From positions 1 to 64,000 of the IMG/VR virus record IMGVR_UViG_3300033143_005193: a DNA stretch of 64,000 bases. The stretch is one strand, 5' to 3'. Below the pieces are notes generated by a model. It searched no databases. It worked only from the letters and a program-made list of their open reading frames with translations, and had not been told where the DNA came from. Source of the DNA: a virus. Position 1 is the stretch's first letter, and each line of letters begins with the position of its first letter. The position numbers and the translations under genes were made by a program. Positions 1-8,820 of the stretch are shown here, piece by piece.

Positions 1-173
1 ATTTTCAAAACATCATCTTCTATTCCATGTTTTTTAACTATATCAAGAAATTCATTCCAAGATTTCTTGAATGTGTCCTTAGCTCTTTTAAATGGATACC
101 TAGATATCTTTTTTAACGCATCAACGAACATACTTTTATTAAATGATTCATTTAAATATAACTCAAATTTCAT
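1..173 (-). CDS. Partial gene (runs off window start) with capsid-targeting-like N-terminus
   Basis: Manual translation from ATG at 173: MKFELYLNESFNKSMFVDALKK..., open to position 1; not in ORF track. Confidence 0.65.
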   Translation of the reverse strand, partial: MKFELYLNESFNKSMFVDALKKISRYPFKRAKDTFKKSWNEFLDIVKKHGIEDDVLK

Positions 174-236
174 ATCATAATTCCCCTACAATATTTATTT
201 ACATACTACTTTTATTTATTATTTATCACATTTTTT

Positions 237-244
237 TATAAATA
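237..244 (+). promoter_or_regulatory. T4-type late promoter TATAAATA (second copy 273-280)
   Basis: Exact gp55 consensus upstream of the 285-5529 gene run; gp55 is encoded in the window. Confidence 0.6.
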
Positions 245-284
245 ATATTAACATAAAAATAATTTAAGGAAATATAAATAATTT

Positions 285-884
285 ATGAGATTAAAAAATT
301 ATTTATCAGAAAAAAGAACAAATAATGTAATTGTTGTTGATATTCAACCCATGTATAAAAATTTTATATACATGAAAATGGATATGTTTAAATTTGTTGA
401 TTTTCTACAAAAACAAAGAAAAATATTATATTTTTACAATGGACCGGATACAGTTGGATCTGACAGAAAACAAGATATTATAGAATGGTTAATGGAATGT
501 TCTGATTATTCAGAACATCTTTACAACAAATTAACAAAAGAAACAATATGGTATGATAAAGGATATGGCTTCTTTAGATCTTGGATGGATATGGGTGCAG
601 ATAACGGATTCATAAAAAAAGCAATAAGATTTATGATAAACAAAAAAGTTTATGATTCAAGAGACATAGAACCAGAAGAATGGAAAGAAAAATTTCCCAA
701 TGATTGGATTGATAAATTTCAAGATGATATGATATACCTACCAGACATACCAATAAATAAACTTAAACAATTTTCTGGAAGCTATTTGGTCGGTGGTGGA
801 AAAAATGAATGTTTGAAAGAAATTAAAATATTAATGTCAGTTTTTAATATTAAATGCACTGAAGTTAAAGAATTTATATATTAA
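285..884 (+). CDS. Isochorismatase/cysteine-hydrolase-like protein, putative virion internal protein
   Basis: VIVVDIQ (hhhhDxQ) start and LVGGGKNEC near the end; N-terminus MRLKNYLSE. Confidence 0.45.
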   Translation: MRLKNYLSEKRTNNVIVVDIQPMYKNFIYMKMDMFKFVDFLQKQRKILYFYNGPDTVGSDRKQDIIEWLMECSDYSEHLYNKLTKETIWYDKGYGFFRSWMDMGADNGFIKKAIRFMINKKVYDSRDIEPEEWKEKFPNDWIDKFQDDMIYLPDIPINKLKQFSGSYLVGGGKNECLKEIKILMSVFNIKCTEVKEFIY

Positions 885-888
885 GAGA

Positions 889-1632
889 TTGATTTTGAAC
901 AAGAAAAACACAGAAAAATATAAATTTTGTCCATGTTGTAAAATGTTTCTATTAAGAAGTGAATTCAAATATTACAAAAGCAGATATGATAAATGTTCAC
1001 CTTATTGTATTAAATGTATTAAACAAAAACATATAAAAAAAGAATCAATAATACCGGATGGATATAAAAAATGTTCAGATTGTAAAAATATTTTACCAAT
1101 TACTGAATTCAACAAAAATAGATCAAACAAGGATTCATTGCAAAAAATTTGTAGAAAATGTCAAAATAACAGAGAAAAGATATATAAAAAAACCGAAAAT
1201 GGTAAAAAGAGAAATAAAAAATATGCTAATTCAGAAAAAGGAAAAATAACAAGAAAAAAATCATTAAAAAAATATAGAAAAACTGAAAAATACAGAAAAA
1301 ATTCATTATATAGAAATATCAGTAATATAATCAGATATTCATTAAAAGAAAGTAAAAAAGATGGTTCTTGGACAAACTTTGTTGATTTCACACTAGATGA
1401 ATTAAAAGAACATATTGAATCACAATTTAAAAACGGAATGTCTTGGAAAAATTATGGAACAAAATGGCATATTGATCATATAAGACCAATTGCTTCATTT
1501 AATATAACAGATTGTAAATGTGAAGATTTTAAAAAATGCTGGTCTTTAGATAATTTACAACCATTATTGGCCAAAGAGAACATTTCAAAAGGATGTAAAT
1601 GGCAGGGAAAAGATTGGAGGTATAATGAGTAG
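889..1632 (+). CDS. HNH endonuclease with N-terminal CxxC zinc-binding repeats
   Basis: WHIDHIRP...NLQPLLAKENISK; several CxxC pairs; Lys-rich linker. Confidence 0.85.
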   Translation: MILNKKNTEKYKFCPCCKMFLLRSEFKYYKSRYDKCSPYCIKCIKQKHIKKESIIPDGYKKCSDCKNILPITEFNKNRSNKDSLQKICRKCQNNREKIYKKTENGKKRNKKYANSEKGKITRKKSLKKYRKTEKYRKNSLYRNISNIIRYSLKESKKDGSWTNFVDFTLDELKEHIESQFKNGMSWKNYGTKWHIDHIRPIASFNITDCKCEDFKKCWSLDNLQPLLAKENISKGCKWQGKDWRYNE

Positions 1633-2359
1633 GTATAAAAACTTCTTAAATGAATTGAGTTCCATTTATGGTAAAGGAATAACGTTCATTGACATTGATG
1701 AAACCATATTTAAAACATTTGCAAAAATCTATGTTCTTGATAAAGAAACAAAAGAAATAAAACAAAAGCTAACAAATCAAGAATTTAATACATATAAATT
1801 AAAGGATAATGAAGAATTTGATTTCTGCGAATTCAAAGACGCTAAAACATTTAATGAAACATCCATACCTATTGAAAAAACCATAAAAAGAATAAAAAGA
1901 ATGTTCAAAAATATTGATAAAAGAGGATCAAAAGTTGTATTATTAACAGCAAGAGCGGATTTTAATGATAAAGAAACTTTTTTAGAAACATTTAGGAAAC
2001 ACGGCATACCTATTGACTCAATATATGTTGAAAGAGTAGGTAATTTTAAATCAAATCCTGCAATATATAAAAATATAATAAGAGCACATGGTATGCCAAA
2101 ATCAATTGCTGATGCTAAAGAAAAAGTTATAATTAATTATATAAATACTGGTGAATATCGTCGTGTTAGATTGATAGATGATGATATAAAAAATATTAAA
2201 ACATTTTTGAAAATAAAAGATAAATTATCAGATTCTATTATTCAAAAAATTAAAACGTTACATAAAATATCAGAAAGAGAAAGCATAGAACCTATAGAAT
2301 TTTATGGGTTATTGGTTCAAGAAAATGGAAAACTAAAGCAAATAAAAGGAAAAGAGTAA
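1625..2359 (+). CDS. HAD-superfamily phosphatase-like protein
   Basis: FIDIDETIF (motif I), VVLLTAR (motif II), K and LIDDDIKN (motifs III/IV); N-terminus MSRYKNFLNE. Confidence 0.75.
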   Translation: MSRYKNFLNELSSIYGKGITFIDIDETIFKTFAKIYVLDKETKEIKQKLTNQEFNTYKLKDNEEFDFCEFKDAKTFNETSIPIEKTIKRIKRMFKNIDKRGSKVVLLTARADFNDKETFLETFRKHGIPIDSIYVERVGNFKSNPAIYKNIIRAHGMPKSIADAKEKVIINYINTGEYRRVRLIDDDIKNIKTFLKIKDKLSDSIIQKIKTLHKISERESIEPIEFYGLLVQENGKLKQIKGKE

Positions 2360-2866
2360 ATGAAAAGTGATTGTAACTGTGTTATTAAAAATCCAGATAT
2401 TTTTACTAAAAACTTTTTAAACAATTTACCAATACCAATTGTTGTCATTACTATGGATAAAAAAATATATTATGTTAATGCTGCATTTGAAAATATTACA
2501 GGATATTATAAAGAAGAAGTTTTTGAAAAATTACCACCATATCCCTGGTGGCCAAAAAATGAATCTCAGAAATGTTATGGTTTATTTGATAAATGTTTTA
2601 ATGGTAGAAAAAAAATATGTAAAGAAATAAGATTTGTAACAAAAAATAAAAAAGATATATGGGTTGATATCATACCTAATATTGTTAGAGACAATGGTAA
2701 CAGTGTTTTTATTTCCATATGGTATGATGTCACCAAAGAAGTATTATCAAAGAAAAAATTAGAAGAAGAAATAAATAAAAGAATAATTCAATGGAATAAA
2801 GAAATAAAAGAAAAAGAAATTAAAATTCAAAAAAATTTTGAAAAAATAGGAAGTAATATATTATGA
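2360..2866 (+). CDS. Stand-alone PAS domain protein with C-terminal coiled coil
   Basis: IYYVNAAFENITGYYKEEV PAS core; TKNKKDIWV...WYDVT PAC end. Confidence 0.8.
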   Translation: MKSDCNCVIKNPDIFTKNFLNNLPIPIVVITMDKKIYYVNAAFENITGYYKEEVFEKLPPYPWWPKNESQKCYGLFDKCFNGRKKICKEIRFVTKNKKDIWVDIIPNIVRDNGNSVFISIWYDVTKEVLSKKKLEEEINKRIIQWNKEIKEKEIKIQKNFEKIGSNIL

Positions 2867-3414
2867 CTGATTCTATAAATATTGATCTTACAATAAAACT
2901 GTTTGATCAACTAAAAGATTCACATGAAAAAATGTCAAATCAAATAGAAAAATTATCAGATCTTTTATCAACATACATTTCATCTGAATATAAACCATCA
3001 AAACAAGAATTAAAAGATTTAATTATAAAAAATAAAAATGAATATCTTGAAAAGCTTAGAAATTTAGAAATAACAACAAAATCCATAGAAAACAATTTAA
3101 AAGAAATATCAGACATAATTGGTGTTGATGATGATACATTATTTCACCATATTGATAATATTGGTAGAATAAACGATACAAAAGAAGAAGTCACAAAGCT
3201 TGTTAATTATATAGATAATCTTAAAAAAATAGAATATAACGAAAATGATATTGAAAATTTAGGTGGATTTGTTAAAAAAATCAATGAAATATTAATATTT
3301 GTTAAATCAATAAAATCAAAAATAGCTATAATATTAGGATCTATTGGTTTATTAACATCAACATATGGTATAATAAAAGTTTTTGAATCTTTATCTAATC
3401 ATATAGGAAAATAA
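2863..3414 (+). CDS. Coiled-coil protein with C-terminal transmembrane helix
   Basis: Heptad-rich body; IAIILGSIGLLTSTYGII. Confidence 0.6.
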   Translation: MTDSINIDLTIKLFDQLKDSHEKMSNQIEKLSDLLSTYISSEYKPSKQELKDLIIKNKNEYLEKLRNLEITTKSIENNLKEISDIIGVDDDTLFHHIDNIGRINDTKEEVTKLVNYIDNLKKIEYNENDIENLGGFVKKINEILIFVKSIKSKIAIILGSIGLLTSTYGIIKVFESLSNHIGK

Positions 3415-3415
3415 A

Positions 3416-3613
3416 ATGAAATTTAATAAATTTTTAAAAGAAGCAACTACAACTTCTGATATAGCAATAAATACCGCTAAAAAATATATAAATACAAAAG
3501 ATAAAAAATGTAAAGAAGGGTATATATGGTGTCCAGAAAAGAAAAAATGTGTTAAAAAAGGATCTGGTGATGGAAACGGTATAAGAAGCTTTTTATTCGG
3601 AAGAAATAAATAG
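3416..3613 (+). CDS. Small protein, putative virion internal protein
   Basis: MKFNKFLKE N-terminus; C-x-x-G-Y-x-W-C motif. Confidence 0.55.
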   Translation: MKFNKFLKEATTTSDIAINTAKKYINTKDKKCKEGYIWCPEKKKCVKKGSGDGNGIRSFLFGRNK

Positions 3614-3615
3614 AA

Positions 3616-3846
3616 ATGTTTGAAGATATTTTAGAAGAATTATACGAAAATCTAAATAAGGAAAATATAAAATCTATTGATGATTTTATATGCCCAAACT
3701 GTAAATCAACAAATTTAGAACATTATATAGGATATTTTGCTTCAAGTAAAGAATACATTGCATTCTATAAATGTAATAATTGTAATAAAAAATGGAAAGT
3801 TTCAATTGGAGAAAATGTTGAAATAAAAAATATAAAGGAAATATAG
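3616..3846 (+). CDS. Zinc-ribbon protein
   Basis: CPNC...CNNC. Confidence 0.65.
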   Translation: MFEDILEELYENLNKENIKSIDDFICPNCKSTNLEHYIGYFASSKEYIAFYKCNNCNKKWKVSIGENVEIKNIKEI

Positions 3847-3856
3847 AGGTGAAAAA

Positions 3857-4093
3857 ATGAAAAATGAAAAAATTTACAAAGCATACGAAAGAAGTATATT
3901 AAAAGAATCTATGATAGATTCAAGTGATCCTGATGTAGCTTTGAACGCATTACATAACAAAGCAAAAGATCTATTAGATTCAATAAAATTTATTGAGAAA
4001 AAATTAAAATTAAAAGAATTAAAGAAATCAGAAAATTTAATGCATGATGTTTTACAATCTATTATTATTATTACAAATAAAAGAGGTGAATAA
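3857..4093 (+). CDS. Hypothetical protein
   Basis: GAGGTG RBS; tightly packed in operon. Confidence 0.6.
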   Translation: MKNEKIYKAYERSILKESMIDSSDPDVALNALHNKAKDLLDSIKFIEKKLKLKELKKSENLMHDVLQSIIIITNKRGE

Positions 4094-5529
4094 TGAATTT
4101 ATTAGAAAAATTGGATTTGTATGAAAAAGAAAATAATAAAATTTTATGCGAAAGTGGTATAAGAAATGTTCGTAATTGGGCTAAATATTTCAAGAAAGCA
4201 GTATGTTATTTTCATATTGATTTAGATGGTGTTACTTCAGCTTTAGGTATGAAAAACTATTTAGAACAATATGGAATAAAAACAATTAATGCAATTCCTA
4301 TTCAATATGGTCAAATGGAATTTGCTGTAAAAGTACCACCCAGAGGTGTATTAGTTTATTGTGTTGACTTTGCTCACGCAAAACCAATATTCCATATATG
4401 GACAGATCACCATGATTCTGAACATTTGGGAGCAACAAAAGATATGTCGGTTTCTTTTGTTAAATCACCAGCTAATGCAACTCATATTTCTATGATTATT
4501 TCACCAAGAGATATTTTTCCACAAAAAGACTTAAAAATAATTTCAACTGTGGATTCAGCAGATTTCGCATCTCAGGGATTAAAACCAGATGATATTATGA
4601 GAGCTGTATTTAAATTTGACCCAAATATTGATGTAGAAAAAAATCATAGAGCAATGGGACTTGTTGTTAATAAACTTCTTTTAGCTTACAAAAATAAACC
4701 AGACTTTTTAAAAGAACTTGTAATGACAGCAAAACCTTCTCTTATATCAATGTATAACGTAATTAAAAAACTAGCCAAGAAAAACGGATATGCTCCACCT
4801 GAAGAAATAAGCAGAAACCAAAAAGCTTATAATCAAGCTCAAAGAGAAAAAATAATAAAAGGCGGAACTATAAATGATATAAAAAGACTTAAAAACGGTG
4901 AGTCTATATTTATTGACGGTATTATTGTTCAATATGGTGGTGGTGATATGTCAAGAGGAAAACAATATGATAGATATACTGTTTTTAAAAACCATCCAGA
5001 TGCTCAATTTCTATGTATAGGATGGCAGCTTGGATTAATACAAGTTAGTAAAAACCCTTTTGAAAAAAGTGAACTTTCAATACATTTAGGTGAACTGGTC
5101 TTGGGTAAAGTAATGAAAAAATATAAATCAAAATTTAGAAATGAAATGATTTCTTTAAAAACACTAAAAAAAATGTATGAAAGTGATATAGGAAAAAAGA
5201 GATTAAGGGGTGCTGTTGGATTTACTTTTGATGATTTAATTAATACATTTAAATCAAATCAAATAAAAGGAATAAATATTAACAAAACAGGAACATGGAC
5301 CGATATTGTTAAAGATATAACAAACAAACGTTATAGATTCCTATCAAGAAAACAAAAAGCAATATTGGATAGAATAAAAATAAGTGTTTGGGATATTATC
5401 ATGAGCCAAAGTGGTGGACATAAATCCATCACGAATCTTACAAATCTAAATTTCCTTGGCAGTGATTACGTTGATAAAATGAAAGAAATAATGATAGATA
5501 TTGTAAAAGAGCTCCAAAAGCATGTATAA
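4093..5529 (+). CDS. DHH-family phosphoesterase
   Basis: HIDLDG, VDF, WTDHH, STVDS and C-terminal SGGHK motifs. Confidence 0.75.
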   Translation: MNLLEKLDLYEKENNKILCESGIRNVRNWAKYFKKAVCYFHIDLDGVTSALGMKNYLEQYGIKTINAIPIQYGQMEFAVKVPPRGVLVYCVDFAHAKPIFHIWTDHHDSEHLGATKDMSVSFVKSPANATHISMIISPRDIFPQKDLKIISTVDSADFASQGLKPDDIMRAVFKFDPNIDVEKNHRAMGLVVNKLLLAYKNKPDFLKELVMTAKPSLISMYNVIKKLAKKNGYAPPEEISRNQKAYNQAQREKIIKGGTINDIKRLKNGESIFIDGIIVQYGGGDMSRGKQYDRYTVFKNHPDAQFLCIGWQLGLIQVSKNPFEKSELSIHLGELVLGKVMKKYKSKFRNEMISLKTLKKMYESDIGKKRLRGAVGFTFDDLINTFKSNQIKGININKTGTWTDIVKDITNKRYRFLSRKQKAILDRIKISVWDIIMSQSGGHKSITNLTNLNFLGSDYVDKMKEIMIDIVKELQKHV

Positions 5530-5541
5530 ATAACTGGCTTA

Positions 5542-6609
5542 ATGAGTAGTTATATAAAAACCAAATCTGGTAAAAGATACAAAGATGAAAATAATATCTT
5601 TTATTATAAAATAAAATGTGAATCATGTGGTAAAATATTTTTCCATAAATTCAAACGAAAATATTGTAACAATTGTTTATCGACATTTAAGAAAGAATCA
5701 CAAAAACTATCAATTGATTATGTAAGAAAAGAATTTGAAAAAATTGGATATACCTTATTATCCGAAAATTACATTAATAACAATTCAAAATTAAAAGTAA
5801 AATGTAATAACGGACATATATATTATCCTACATATAATAATTTTAAAAAAGGTGAAAGGTGTTTATACTGTTCAAAAAATTCTCCCGTAAGTTGGGAAAA
5901 TGTTTTATATTTGTTTAATTTAAAAGGATGGAAAGTTTTAACTAAAAAAGATGAATTTGTAAATGCCAATACATATATAAAATTTTCATGTAAAAATAAT
6001 CATATTTACAGATACAAATATGTAACATTAAAATCAAGGTTTGAAACGATAGATTGTCCGTATTGTAATAAAACTATTCCAATAAAATTCGATGATATAA
6101 AAAAATCTTTTGAAAAAGAAGGATGGATAGTTCATACTAAAAAAGAAGAATATAAAACACAAAACACAACACCAATAGATTGTACTTGTCCTAACGGACA
6201 TAGACAATTTAAAAATGTAAGAAAATGGCGCGATGGTAGAAGATGCATATATTGTAATTCATCAGGTCCTGAAATATCATTAAGAAATTTCATAGAAAAA
6301 TTAAAAATAGAATGTATTTATAATGACAGAAAAATATTGAACGGAATTGAACTCGATTTCTATTTTCCAAAAATAAAAAAAGCAATAGAATTTAATGGTG
6401 AATATTGGCATTGTAGAAACACAAGATTTAGTCCATATGATATAAATAAAAATAAAGGATTGTATGCAAAAGAAATATGGATAAAAGATAGATTAAAAAA
6501 AATCAAGTGTAGAAGAAAAAAAATAGATTTAATGGTTATATGGGATAATGACTGGAAAAATTATACAAAACATTACAAAAAATTAATTAAAACTTTTCTA
6601 AATATTTAA
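5542..6609 (+). CDS. Homing-endonuclease-like protein (repeated zinc modules plus C-terminal PD-(D/E)xK/Vsr-like nuclease)
   Basis: Repeated C-x-x-G-H...CxYC units; ELDFYFP...AIEFNGEYWH; TATAAATA at 5525-5532. Confidence 0.75.
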   Translation: MSSYIKTKSGKRYKDENNIFYYKIKCESCGKIFFHKFKRKYCNNCLSTFKKESQKLSIDYVRKEFEKIGYTLLSENYINNNSKLKVKCNNGHIYYPTYNNFKKGERCLYCSKNSPVSWENVLYLFNLKGWKVLTKKDEFVNANTYIKFSCKNNHIYRYKYVTLKSRFETIDCPYCNKTIPIKFDDIKKSFEKEGWIVHTKKEEYKTQNTTPIDCTCPNGHRQFKNVRKWRDGRRCIYCNSSGPEISLRNFIEKLKIECIYNDRKILNGIELDFYFPKIKKAIEFNGEYWHCRNTRFSPYDINKNKGLYAKEIWIKDRLKKIKCRRKKIDLMVIWDNDWKNYTKHYKKLIKTFLNI

Positions 6610-6630
6610 AATTGTAAAAAAACTACAAAA

Positions 6631-6677
6631 ATACAAAGATGAAAATAATATCTTTTATTATAAAGTAAAGTGTGAAT
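6631..6677 (+). repeat. 47-bp direct repeat of 5577-5623 (2 mismatches)
   Basis: ATACAAAGATGAAAATAATATCTTTTATTATAAA(A/G)TAAA(A/G)TGTGAAT at both sites. Confidence 0.9.
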
Positions 6678-6705
6678 TATAATAAAAAGAAAGAGAAATA
6701 ATAAA

Positions 6706-7206
6706 ATGAAACTTAGAAAATATCTTAAAAATATTTATCATATAGAAATGATAGAAGAAGGTTTTTCTATTCCTATGAAAAATAAAGAAAAATATAAAAA
6801 ACTAAATCCAAAAACAAATAGAACTAAAACATATAAAAAAACAAAATATATAAAAACAGATATACCACCTGAAAAAAGAGATTTTGATAATATACCAAAA
6901 TACGCTGATGGTAGTTTCAAAGTAAGATTTCAAGATTGGCTGGAAATTGATACAAGTAAATCACCAGGAAAAAACTGGGGATGGTCAAAAAATGGAAAAT
7001 GTTATGGGTGGAGTCATAGAGCTGTATATGGTTTTAAAATTGGTGATGAAATTAAAGGTGATAGTTTAGGTAAAAAAGTAATATATCCAAAACTTCAAGA
7101 TGGTTCTTTTGATTTTGACAATGGAAAATTTGAACCAGATTTTGTTATTAAAACAAACAAACAAGCAGAAGAAGTCGCCAAAACATTTGCTGAAAATGTT
7201 GCATAA
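6706..7206 (+). CDS. Hypothetical protein, putative internal protein
   Basis: MKLRKYLK...MIEE N-terminus; GWSHRA motif. Confidence 0.6.
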   Translation: MKLRKYLKNIYHIEMIEEGFSIPMKNKEKYKKLNPKTNRTKTYKKTKYIKTDIPPEKRDFDNIPKYADGSFKVRFQDWLEIDTSKSPGKNWGWSKNGKCYGWSHRAVYGFKIGDEIKGDSLGKKVIYPKLQDGSFDFDNGKFEPDFVIKTNKQAEEVAKTFAENVA

Positions 7207-7220
7207 TAAAGAGGAATAAA

Positions 7221-7526
7221 ATGAAACTTAAAAAACATTTAATGAACGAGGCTCCTATCCAAACAAAGGGATGGACAAAACAATCCTTAGAAAAATTTGG
7301 TAAAACAATAGGTAAAATGCCTGATGAAAAAGGTTTTTTTGAAGTATGTGTAAATGAAATGAAAAACAAAGATGGTTTTAATGAAGAAAAAGCTAAAGGA
7401 TTTTGTGCCGCTATAAAAGATCGTCACTATAACAGCCCAATGTGGCGAGGAGCTAATAAAACAAAAAAAGAAATTGAACAGGATATAAAGAAAAAAAAAT
7501 TTAAAAAATCTTTACCAGAAAAATAA
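7221..7526 (+). CDS. Hypothetical protein, putative internal protein
   Basis: MKLKKHLMNE N-terminus; GAGGA RBS. Confidence 0.6.
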   Translation: MKLKKHLMNEAPIQTKGWTKQSLEKFGKTIGKMPDEKGFFEVCVNEMKNKDGFNEEKAKGFCAAIKDRHYNSPMWRGANKTKKEIEQDIKKKKFKKSLPEK

Positions 7527-7589
7527 TTATAAATAAAAAATATAAATAATACCAAGATGTAAAAATAAAAATTTGGAGGTGAAATCAGT

Positions 7590-7826
7590 ATGCAACTTTT
7601 TCTAGCAATCGTTAATCTTATCCCAAGCATTATTAAAATTATCACAGCTATCGAAGAAACATTTCCTCAATCCGGCATTGGTGAACAAAAACTTCAATTA
7701 GTTAAAGACATTTTAACCGAAGCTTACACTAATGTAAATGAAATATGGGGAAGTATTGAAAAAATTATTTCTGTTATAGTGTCTTTTGCTAATAAAATTG
7801 GTGCCTTCACTAAGTCATCAGATTAA
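7590..7826 (+). CDS. Small late protein, holin-like (LL-H type)
   Basis: Hydrophobic N-terminus then IEETF...GEQKLQLV; TATAAATA at 7528 and 7541; GGAGGTG RBS. Confidence 0.4.
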   Translation: MQLFLAIVNLIPSIIKIITAIEETFPQSGIGEQKLQLVKDILTEAYTNVNEIWGSIEKIISVIVSFANKIGAFTKSSD

Positions 7827-7852
7827 ATAACCACTAAAAACAGAACCACAAT

Positions 7853-7882
7853 AAAAAAGGTGGTATAAAAGCCACCTTTTTT
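7853..7882. terminator. Bidirectional intrinsic terminator
   Basis: AAAAAAGGTGG-tataaaag-CCACCTTTTTT between convergent genes. Confidence 0.85.
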
Positions 7883-7905
7883 ATATCCAAAGAATTATAT
7901 AATTT

Positions 7906-8772
7906 TTACTTAAAAAATGGATTACCAACTAATATATTATCTCTTAACAAATGAGTCTTACCCATTGGTTCCAAAAGAAATTCTATCTTTTTTATAAAGA
8001 ATTTATCTATCATCTTATTATAATCAATATCCACAACTTCATTAAATTCCTTTGGCCATCTATAAAATGTAATTGTTTCTATATTATATGGATTATCCTT
8101 TATATATAAAACCTTAGCTTTCATTGATTCATGAATATCTTCATAAAGATTTTCTATACCTAATTCTTTTAAAAGATAATTATAATTTGCAACACCTTTA
8201 ACGTGCCAAGGTGTTGATTTTATTGGTCTTCCATCTACTATATATTTTGAAAGATTGTTTATTCCAATATTAGCGGCTATTTCTTCTGGTGAAACTTTTT
8301 TTAATTCTTTCTTATATTGATTTATTTTCTTCACTAATTCCTTTTCATCAACATTTTTAAGAATCATATTCATTATAATTTTAAGTTTTTCTCTTATAGC
8401 TTCAGCACTATCAGATCTAACAATTTCAAGCCCTGTTACTGAAATCTTATCTACCGGTACACCTTCTTCATCAATACAATGATAAGCATATTTCTTTTTC
8501 TTAATAAAAAGAGCAGATTTTGCAATAATTTCTTGCTTTAGTTTTATCTTAAAATCTTCCACAACGGAATTATAATCAAGTTTTTGTGTTTCATTGAAAA
8601 TTCTATCATTTACATATTTTTCTATTTCTTTTGAAATTTTTCTAATATATTCAATCTTTTTTTCATCAGATAAACATATCCATTTATCTTTATTAGATAT
8701 ATTATCTAGTATAAATTTCTCAACACCAATATAACAACTATCAGTATCTCCATACAAAACATAATCATTCAT
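7906..8772 (-). CDS. Family B DNA polymerase, C-terminal subunit (gp43B-like)
   Basis: YGDTDS motif C, KKKYA, TGLEIVRSD; own GAGGA RBS. Confidence 0.92.
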   Translation of the reverse strand: MNDYVLYGDTDSCYIGVEKFILDNISNKDKWICLSDEKKIEYIRKISKEIEKYVNDRIFNETQKLDYNSVVEDFKIKLKQEIIAKSALFIKKKKYAYHCIDEEGVPVDKISVTGLEIVRSDSAEAIREKLKIIMNMILKNVDEKELVKKINQYKKELKKVSPEEIAANIGINNLSKYIVDGRPIKSTPWHVKGVANYNYLLKELGIENLYEDIHESMKAKVLYIKDNPYNIETITFYRWPKEFNEVVDIDYNKMIDKFFIKKIEFLLEPMGKTHLLRDNILVGNPFFK

Positions 8773-8820
8773 TGATAAATTCCTCTAATATTTTTAAACA
8801 TTTATCCTTTCATTAACATT

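Noticed and set aside
8773-8820. Gene-60-style ribosomal hop, intron or stop recoding in the polymerase
   Set aside because: No take-off hairpin, gap too short for a self-splicing intron, three stops of two types, and the second half has its own RBS
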